Sequence record: SRR20825019_1943
Reading direction: 5' to 3' (one strand)
Length of the DNA: 64,000 nucleotides
Made by a program: the position numbers and the translations under genes. Below, in pieces: positions 57,596-64,000 of this stretch (positions within the stretch are counted from its first letter, which is position 1; each line of letters begins with the position of its first letter). The notes beneath the pieces are model-generated. The model did no database searches, had not been told where the DNA came from, and was given only the letters and a program-made list of their open reading frames with translations.

Positions 57596-57686
57596 GGTGT
57601 CGAGTAGCTTCAGGTTGGAACGTCGAGGCTCCGACGATAGCCGATCTCTGTGCGGCAATCAAAGGAATAGTCTTTACACAAAAAAC

Positions 57687-57702
57687 TGGACTATTTGGTC
57701 AG
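57687..57702. promoter_or_regulatory. RutR-like operator between the regulator and xdhA
   Basis: TGGACTATTTGGTCAG; flanks AAAAAC...GTCAGGAAAT are shared with the 56820 site. Confidence 0.62.
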
Positions 57703-57875
57703 GAAATTGTAAAAAGAATAACGGGCCCATGTGACTTTTGGCATCCGTGATGCGGCATCGCCTGTGCAACTACTGAAATCAATCAAGGGCTTACGCCAAT
57801 GACTCTGATGCTCAGTCTTAAACAAAGAGAAAAGCAGAAAGAGACAGGCGCAAGTGCAGAAGAGCGGGAAAATTT

Positions 57876-59435
57876 GTGATCAGATTCTACTTGAACGGCC
57901 AACTACAAAAACTCAACCAAGTCGACCCGAATCTAAGCATCCTCGACTGGCTGCGCACCAGGAAGCGACTGACAGGCACCAAGGAAGGCTGCGCATCGGG
58001 TGACTGCGGGGCTTGCACCGTGGTGATCGGATCGCCCGACCCTGAGCAGTCCGGGCAACTCCGCTACGACAGCGTGAACAGCTGCATCGCGCTCGTCGGA
58101 AGCCTGCATGGCAAACATCTGGTGACCGTCGACGCGCTAACCCAGGAGCCAGCTCACCCGGTACAGAAGGAGATGGTGGAGTGTCACGGAGCCCAGTGCG
58201 GCTTCTGCACACCAGGCATCATCATGTCGCTGTTTGCCCTGCATACAGAAAGCGCAGCGAACGGTTCCGTGCCCGACGACGACGCCTTATTGGAGGCGCT
58301 GTCCGGCAACCTTTGCCGCTGCACGGGTTACCGGCCAATCATCGAGGCCGGGCGTCGGGCTTGCGTGCAAACGTGGGAACCCGGCACCGGTAACGCGGTT
58401 CTGAGCCGAAGCAGTGCGCTCAGCGGCCCGGATGGCGCGGCTCCGAACAACCCCGCGCCGGGCCTTAGCGGCATAGCCTGGCTGCAGAACCCCGAAATGA
58501 TCGCCGACCTGTTAAGCGTACAGAATACGGCTGGCGAACTCACCGACGATCACGGCTACCGATACGATGCGCCAGCCACTCTGGACGCGCTTCGTGGACT
58601 ATGCCGTCAGTTTCCCAAGGCAAGGTTGATTGCCGGCGGCACCGACCTGTCCCTTGAAATCACCCAACAGCTCAAAGACCTTGATCACCTGATCGGTCTG
58701 AGTGGCATCAAGGAGCTACAGGAGATCCACGAGGACGAAGACGGGATCTATCTCGGAGCCGGAGTGACCTACCGCGCCATGTTCCATAAGCTCGAGGAGC
58801 GTTGGCCGCACTTCGGGCCGATGCTGGAGCGCCTGGGTTCACGCCAGATCCGCAACCGCGGGACTGTTGGGGGCAATATCGGGAACGCTTCGCCAATCGG
58901 CGACATGCCGCCCGCACTGATTGCGCTGGGCGCAGAGCTCGACCTGGACAGCGTTGATGGCACCCGGCGCCTGCGCCTTGAGGACTTCTTCCACGGCTAC
59001 AAGCAGACCGACCTCCAGCCTCACGAATTCATTCGGGGCACCTGGATCCCCAACCCGGCACCTGACGAAAAGCTGTTCATCTACAAAGTCTCCAAGCGCA
59101 TTGATGACGACATTTCGGCAGTTCTGGGTGCCTTTTGGCTCAAGCGCGACGGCGACACCATCAAGGACTGCCGACTGGCCTTTGGCGGGATGGCGGCAAC
59201 GCCAAAGCGGGCCAGTGGTGCTGAAGCGGCGCTTCGAGGCCAGCCCTGGAATGCAGACACGGTTGCGGCCGCCATTGCCGCACTGGAACTCGAATTTGAA
59301 CCCATGACAGACGTGCGGGGGTCCGCAGCCTATCGCCTGCAAGTAGCCGGCAACCTGCTGCGCCGCGCGTTTTTGGAGAGCACTCAAGACACCACAACAA
59401 CAAACCAGCCCCTCATGGTGACTGACTATGCGTAA
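57876..59435 (+). CDS. xdhA: Xanthine dehydrogenase small (2Fe-2S/FAD) subunit
   Basis: GTKEGCASGDCGAC, QCGFCTPG, GNLCRCTGY, AGGTD, GNASPIGD. Confidence 0.96.
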   Translation: MIRFYLNGQLQKLNQVDPNLSILDWLRTRKRLTGTKEGCASGDCGACTVVIGSPDPEQSGQLRYDSVNSCIALVGSLHGKHLVTVDALTQEPAHPVQKEMVECHGAQCGFCTPGIIMSLFALHTESAANGSVPDDDALLEALSGNLCRCTGYRPIIEAGRRACVQTWEPGTGNAVLSRSSALSGPDGAAPNNPAPGLSGIAWLQNPEMIADLLSVQNTAGELTDDHGYRYDAPATLDALRGLCRQFPKARLIAGGTDLSLEITQQLKDLDHLIGLSGIKELQEIHEDEDGIYLGAGVTYRAMFHKLEERWPHFGPMLERLGSRQIRNRGTVGGNIGNASPIGDMPPALIALGAELDLDSVDGTRRLRLEDFFHGYKQTDLQPHEFIRGTWIPNPAPDEKLFIYKVSKRIDDDISAVLGAFWLKRDGDTIKDCRLAFGGMAATPKRASGAEAALRGQPWNADTVAAAIAALELEFEPMTDVRGSAAYRLQVAGNLLRRAFLESTQDTTTTNQPLMVTDYA

Positions 59436-61794
59436 ACTACCTCCCAATATTCCGCGGCCCACCACAACGGCGAAAGGGCTGACAGGCACCCAGGCATTTC
59501 ATGACAGTGCCTGGAAGCACGTTCGTGGACAGGCCCGCTATATCGACGACCTCCCCGAGCCCGCAGAACTCCTGCACGCGGCCGTCGGCCAGAGTACGCA
59601 CGCCCACGCCCGTATCACCGCCATGGATCTCAGCGAGGTTTGGGCCTACCCCGGCGTGGTTTCGGTCATGACCGTCGAGGACGTGCCCGGCCATACCGAC
59701 ATCGGGCCGGTCTTTCCTGGCGATCCGGTTCTGGCCGGAGATGTGGTCGAACATGTGGGCCAGCCGCTGTTTGCCGTTGCGGCAACGAGTCATCGCGCGG
59801 CCCGCCAGGCGGCCCGACTTGCGAAAGTCAGCTATGAGCCCCTTCCTGCCGCGTTGACCGCGGAGGCCGCGCTTGATCAGCAGTTGTTCGTGCGCCCCAG
59901 TCATACCCAGCTGAGGGGCGACCCGGATAAAGCGCTTGCCGAAGCGCCGAATCGCCTACAGGCCCAGATGCACGTTGGCGGACAGGAGCATTTCTACCTG
60001 GAAGGACAGGCGTGCCTGGTAGAGCCTACCGAAGACGCGGGCGTGTTTGTTCACACCTCCAGCCAGCACCCGTCCGAGGTGCAAAAGCTGGTGGCCGAAG
60101 TGCTTGACCTCCCCATTCATGAAGTCCAGGTGGAAGTACGGCGCATGGGTGGCGGCTTCGGCGGCAAGGAAACCCAGGCCGCACCGCTGGCCTGTATCTC
60201 TGCCCTGCTTGCCCGACGCACCGGGCGGCCCGTTAAATACCGGATGGCACGCTACGACGACATGGTACAAACGGGCAAGCGACACGATTTTTTCAACACC
60301 TATGACATTGGCTTCGACAACGAGGGCGTTCTGCGGGGTGCCGACATTATGGTGGCTGGACGCTGTGGCTTTTCGCCCGACCTGTCCGATGCCATCGTCG
60401 ACCGCGCTATGTTTCATTCCGACAACGCCTATAGCCTGGGGCAGGCGCGTGTTGTTGGCCATCGCTGCAAAACCCATACGGTTTCCAATACCGCCTTCCG
60501 AGGCTTCGGTGGCCCCCAGGGCATGATGATCATTGAGCGGGCAATGGACGATATCGCCCGCCATCTCGGCATGGACCCGCTGGATGTGCGCAAGCGCAAC
60601 CTGTACGGACCTGGCCGCGATGTAACCCACTATGGTCAAATCGTCGAGCAGCACGTTTTACCGGACCTGATCGACACGCTCGAGGCCAGCTCGGACTACC
60701 GTCAGCGTCGTACCGAGATTTCCAGGTTCAACAAAGAGAACTCGGTACTGAAACGCGGTTTGGCCCTGACACCGGTGAAGTTCGGCATTTCATTCACGGC
60801 CAAGCACCTCAACCAGGCCGGTGCACTGGTGCACGTTTACACCGATGGCAGCATTCACCTCAATCACGGCGGCACCGAAATGGGCCAGGGGCTTTACATC
60901 AAGGTAGCCCAGGTCGTAGCCGCAGCCTTCCAGGTAGACCTGGACCGGGTAAAAGTGTCCGCGACCCGGACCGACAAGGTGCCCAACACCTCACCAACGG
61001 CTGCCTCCTCGGGCACTGACCTGAACGGCATGGCTGCCCTGGATGCCTGCGAGAAAATCAAGCAGCGCCTGGTCGAGTTTGCCGCCGAAACCTACGGCGT
61101 GAGCGCGGACTCGGTACGGTTTGAAAACAACCAGGTCAATGTCGGTGAGCAGCAGTTCGGCTGGGCGGAGTTCGTGCAGCAGGCTTACATGGCGCGGGTT
61201 TCGCTGTCTTCCAACGGGTTCTACAGTACACCCAAGATTCACTATGACCGAGAAACCGGTCAAGGCCGGCCCTTCCTGTATTACGCCAACGGGGCTGCCT
61301 GCGCAGAAGTGGTGGTTGATACCCTCACCGGAGAGTACAAGACCATGCGGGTGGACATCCTTCACGACGTGGGGCAGTCGCTGAATCCGGCCGTGGACAT
61401 TGGCCAGATTGAAGGCGGCTTTGTTCAGGGCATGGGCTGGCTCACCACCGAAGAGTTGGTATACAGCGACGAAGGCCAACTGTTGTCCAACGGCCCGGCG
61501 ACCTACAAAATCCCGGCTGTGTCAGACGCGCCACCGGATTTCCGGGTGGCCCTGCTGCCTCACAGCCCCAACCGGGAAGCCACCGTATTCCGCTCAAAGG
61601 CTGTGGGCGAACCGCCACTCATGCTGGGCATGGCAGTATGGTCTGCCCTGCGTGACGCTGTTTCGAGCGTGGCGGACTATCGCTACAGCCCGCCCCTGGA
61701 CACGCCTGCGACACCAGAGCGGGTGCTCCAGGCTGTCACAGCAACCGAGCGCTGGGTAGCAGCGCAGGGGGAACCGTCATGCAAGAACGCCTGA
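59428..61794 (+). CDS. xdhB: Xanthine dehydrogenase molybdopterin-binding subunit
   Basis: QEHFYLE, RMGGGFGGKE, AFRGFGGPQG, GGTEMGQG, SKAVGEPP. Confidence 0.97.
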   Translation: MRKLPPNIPRPTTTAKGLTGTQAFHDSAWKHVRGQARYIDDLPEPAELLHAAVGQSTHAHARITAMDLSEVWAYPGVVSVMTVEDVPGHTDIGPVFPGDPVLAGDVVEHVGQPLFAVAATSHRAARQAARLAKVSYEPLPAALTAEAALDQQLFVRPSHTQLRGDPDKALAEAPNRLQAQMHVGGQEHFYLEGQACLVEPTEDAGVFVHTSSQHPSEVQKLVAEVLDLPIHEVQVEVRRMGGGFGGKETQAAPLACISALLARRTGRPVKYRMARYDDMVQTGKRHDFFNTYDIGFDNEGVLRGADIMVAGRCGFSPDLSDAIVDRAMFHSDNAYSLGQARVVGHRCKTHTVSNTAFRGFGGPQGMMIIERAMDDIARHLGMDPLDVRKRNLYGPGRDVTHYGQIVEQHVLPDLIDTLEASSDYRQRRTEISRFNKENSVLKRGLALTPVKFGISFTAKHLNQAGALVHVYTDGSIHLNHGGTEMGQGLYIKVAQVVAAAFQVDLDRVKVSATRTDKVPNTSPTAASSGTDLNGMAALDACEKIKQRLVEFAAETYGVSADSVRFENNQVNVGEQQFGWAEFVQQAYMARVSLSSNGFYSTPKIHYDRETGQGRPFLYYANGAACAEVVVDTLTGEYKTMRVDILHDVGQSLNPAVDIGQIEGGFVQGMGWLTTEELVYSDEGQLLSNGPATYKIPAVSDAPPDFRVALLPHSPNREATVFRSKAVGEPPLMLGMAVWSALRDAVSSVADYRYSPPLDTPATPERVLQAVTATERWVAAQGEPSCKNA

Positions 61795-62657
61795 CCTGGA
61801 TCCAAGCCGTTGCTGACTGCGAACGTCGCGGTCAGCCCTATGTTTTGGTCACGGTACTGGGCGTAACAGGCTCGGTACCACGGGAGCCGGCCAGTAAGAT
61901 GGTCGTCACCCGGGAACACAGCTACGACACCATCGGCGGCGGCCACCTGGAATACCGGGTGATCGCCCGCGCCCGCGAGCGCCTGGCAAACCACGAATAC
62001 AGCTACGAGCTGGCGCACTTCCCTCTGGGTGCCAGCCTTGGACAATGCTGTGGTGGTAGCGTGGCGGTCCTGCTGGAGGCCCAGTCCGGCGGCGATGCCC
62101 GCCTTGTGGTCTTTGGCGCGGGTCACGTCAGCCATGCCCTGATGCGTATCGTGGGTGATTTGCCCTGGCAGATCACCTGGGTCGACTCCCGGCAGGAATG
62201 TTTTCCGGACAGGACGCCCGACAACACCACGGTTCATTGCACCGACGACCCGGTTGGGGACGTTCCCGAACTGTGCAGCAACGCCCATGTACTGATTCTG
62301 ACCCACAACCACGCACTGGATTATGACCTCTGCCAGGCGCTGCTGAAACGGGACGATGTGCGCACGATCGGCCTGATCGGTTCGCAGACCAAGGCGGAGC
62401 GTTTTCGCCAACGCCTTGCTCACCGCGGGTATACCGAAGCCGATATCGACCGCATCCGGTGCCCCGTCGGGCGCAGTGACATCCCGGGTAAGCGGCCCAT
62501 GGAAGTCGCGGTGTCCATTTCCGCCGAGCTTCTTAGCCTGGTCGCTTCCGACACGGCCGAGAAACCATCAAAACGAGGCCTCTCCTGGGGGGCTCTCAAA
62601 GCGCTTACGAAAGAAGTTAAACCTAACGAGGTTGAAGTCGCGGGCCAGAAAACGTAA
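61779..62657 (+). CDS. xdhC: Xanthine dehydrogenase accessory protein
   Basis: GSVPRE, TIGGGHLE, LGQCCGG, FGAGHV, GLIGS.TK. Confidence 0.95.
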   Translation: MQERLTWIQAVADCERRGQPYVLVTVLGVTGSVPREPASKMVVTREHSYDTIGGGHLEYRVIARARERLANHEYSYELAHFPLGASLGQCCGGSVAVLLEAQSGGDARLVVFGAGHVSHALMRIVGDLPWQITWVDSRQECFPDRTPDNTTVHCTDDPVGDVPELCSNAHVLILTHNHALDYDLCQALLKRDDVRTIGLIGSQTKAERFRQRLAHRGYTEADIDRIRCPVGRSDIPGKRPMEVAVSISAELLSLVASDTAEKPSKRGLSWGALKALTKEVKPNEVEVAGQKT

Positions 62658-62688
62658 CCCAGCAGACAACCTGACATCGCTGCCAACC

Positions 62689-62720
62689 CCGGGCCGGCGC
62701 CCGTTTGAGCGCTGGCCCGG
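62689..62720. terminator. GC-rich hairpin after xdhC
   Basis: CCGGGCCGGCGC-CCGTTTGA-GCGCTGGCCCGG; no clear T tract. Confidence 0.45.
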
Positions 62721-62803
62721 CAAACACCCTGTCATTAAAAGTTCAATTTGCTCACAATTTTTATTGACAAGTAATACATATTTGTACGAAGTTATCGGTC
62801 ATA

Positions 62804-62813
62804 ATGTATACAA
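62804..62813. promoter_or_regulatory. Putative GntR-type operator
   Basis: ATGTATACAA, 15 nt before the deaminase start. Confidence 0.5.
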
Positions 62814-62828
62814 CGAAGAGCTGTAGGA

Positions 62829-64000
62829 ATGACCGAAACAGACCACAGATTATGGATTCACAATCCGCTTGCCTGCTCTGACCCAGGCGCAGCCGGCGGT
62901 ATTGTCGTCACGGGAACAAGAATTGTGGAAAAAGTGGCCAGGGGGCAGCAACCTCACCAGCCCGTTAACGAGACCTTTGATGCTTCCGGGCATGTCCTGT
63001 TACCCGGCTTGGTAAATACCCACCATCACTTCTACCAAACCCTGACCCGAGCCTATTCCCCCGCGCTCAATAAAGAGTTATTTCCCTGGCTGACCACGCT
63101 TTACGATGTCTGGGCCAATCTCAACGACAGCCAGATGGCCCTGGCCAGCGAGTTGGCGATGGTCGAGCTGCTGATGTCGGGATGCACCACCGTAGCGGAC
63201 CATCATTACGTCTTTTCCGGTGCCTTGGTAAACGCGATTGACTGCCAGGTCGAAACCGCCCAGCGCCTCGGCGTTCGAGCGGCACTGACTCGCGGGTCCA
63301 TGAGCGTCGGGCGCGACGATGGCGGTCTGCCGCCACAGACCGTGGTGCAGGACGAGCAAACCATTGTCGATGACAGCCAGCGTCTTATCGACCGTTACCA
63401 CCAGCGTGCTGAAGGGGCCATGACCACCATCGCCCTGGCGCCTTGTTCACCGTTTTCAGTCAGCCGGGCATTGATGCGCGAGAGCGCGCGGCTTGCAGAG
63501 AACAACGACGTTCGCCTCCACACCCATCTTGCCGAAACCGAAGATGAGACCGCTTACTGCCAGAAGCTGTTTGGCATGCGCCCGCTGGATTATCTCGAGG
63601 ACAGTGGCTGGCTCACCGATCGCACGTGGCTGGCCCATGGCATTCATTTCAATGACGACGAAATTCAGCGCCTTGGCCGTGCAGGCACGGGCATCGCTCA
63701 CTGTCCCTCGTCAAACATGGTTCTGGGCTCAGGGCTGTGCCGGACCCTGGAACTCGAAGCGGCGGGCTCACCGGTCGGATTGGCGGTCGATGGATCAGCA
63801 TCGAGCGACCACTCGAACCTTGCCTCGGAAATGCGTCAGGCACTGCTTCTGGGCCGCCTGCGTTACTCGCCGAGCCAGGTAACACACGAAGCCGTCATCC
63901 GCTGGGCAACGCAAGGCTCGGCCCGTTGCCTGGGACGAACCGATATCGGTGGACTGGAGCCAGGCCAGCAGGCTGACCTGGCGCTGTTCAAACTTGATGA
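62829..64000 (+). CDS. 8-oxoguanine deaminase (amidohydrolase), runs off the window end
   Basis: Manual translation from ATG 62829 (missing from the ORF track): PGLVNTHHHFYQTLTRA, APCSPFSVS, LHTHLAET, HCPSSNM.LGSG, GLAVDGSAS. Confidence 0.88.
   Translation, partial: MTETDHRLWIHNPLACSDPGAAGGIVVTGTRIVEKVARGQQPHQPVNETFDASGHVLLPGLVNTHHHFYQTLTRAYSPALNKELFPWLTTLYDVWANLNDSQMALASELAMVELLMSGCTTVADHHYVFSGALVNAIDCQVETAQRLGVRAALTRGSMSVGRDDGGLPPQTVVQDEQTIVDDSQRLIDRYHQRAEGAMTTIALAPCSPFSVSRALMRESARLAENNDVRLHTHLAETEDETAYCQKLFGMRPLDYLEDSGWLTDRTWLAHGIHFNDDEIQRLGRAGTGIAHCPSSNMVLGSGLCRTLELEAAGSPVGLAVDGSASSDHSNLASEMRQALLLGRLRYSPSQVTHEAVIRWATQGSARCLGRTDIGGLEPGQQADLALFKLD

Noticed and set aside
58370-58480. Pro/Gly/Ala-rich insertion in XdhA
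   Set aside because: It sits in the variable linker between the Fe-S and FAD domains; no intein or mobile-element features

Overview
A 64-kb chromosomal window from a marine-type gammaproteobacterium (Marinobacter-like; inferred from gene content and style, not from a search). It has five blocks. (1) 1-10 kb: the 3' part of tRNA-Arg(CCG), then an AT-richer accessory patch. This holds a candidate sigma54-driven A-rich sRNA, microproteins, rnk-gdhA, gene relics, and an ECF sigma module with no visible anti-sigma (Tat cupredoxin, His-motif periplasmic protein, Ig-domain diheme cytochrome c lipoprotein). The module's three transcription units share one 27-bp promoter motif. (2) 10-13 kb: a nitric-oxide stress locus (nsrR, nnrS, SirB2-like, small membrane protein) with two NsrR boxes. 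(3) 13-35 kb: tungstate/molybdate uptake (MOT1-like, TupBCA, HTH-PBP regulator), cofactor maturation genes and a Tat-exported, Cys-type respiratory formate dehydrogenase with many uncharacterised accessory genes. (4) 35-41.7 kb: a CHASE hybrid kinase, a REC-GGDEF and a REC-PAS-GGDEF-EAL protein (c-di-GMP module). (5) 41.8-64 kb: an essentially complete purine-to-glycerate catabolic cluster (xdhABC, guaD, 8-oxoguanine deaminase, puuD, uraH, uraD, puuE, UGLYAH, allA, gcl, hyi, glxR, glycerate kinase, NCS2 permease, Tsx-like porin) with RutR-like and GntR-type operators and a structured, terminator-containing RNA upstream of the GntR gene. The best candidates for undescribed biology are the ECF/cupredoxin/diheme-cytochrome regulon, the gntR leader RNA, the CrcZ-like sRNA candidate and the ligase-like FDH accessory operon. 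All family assignments are from motif recognition; no database searches were run.
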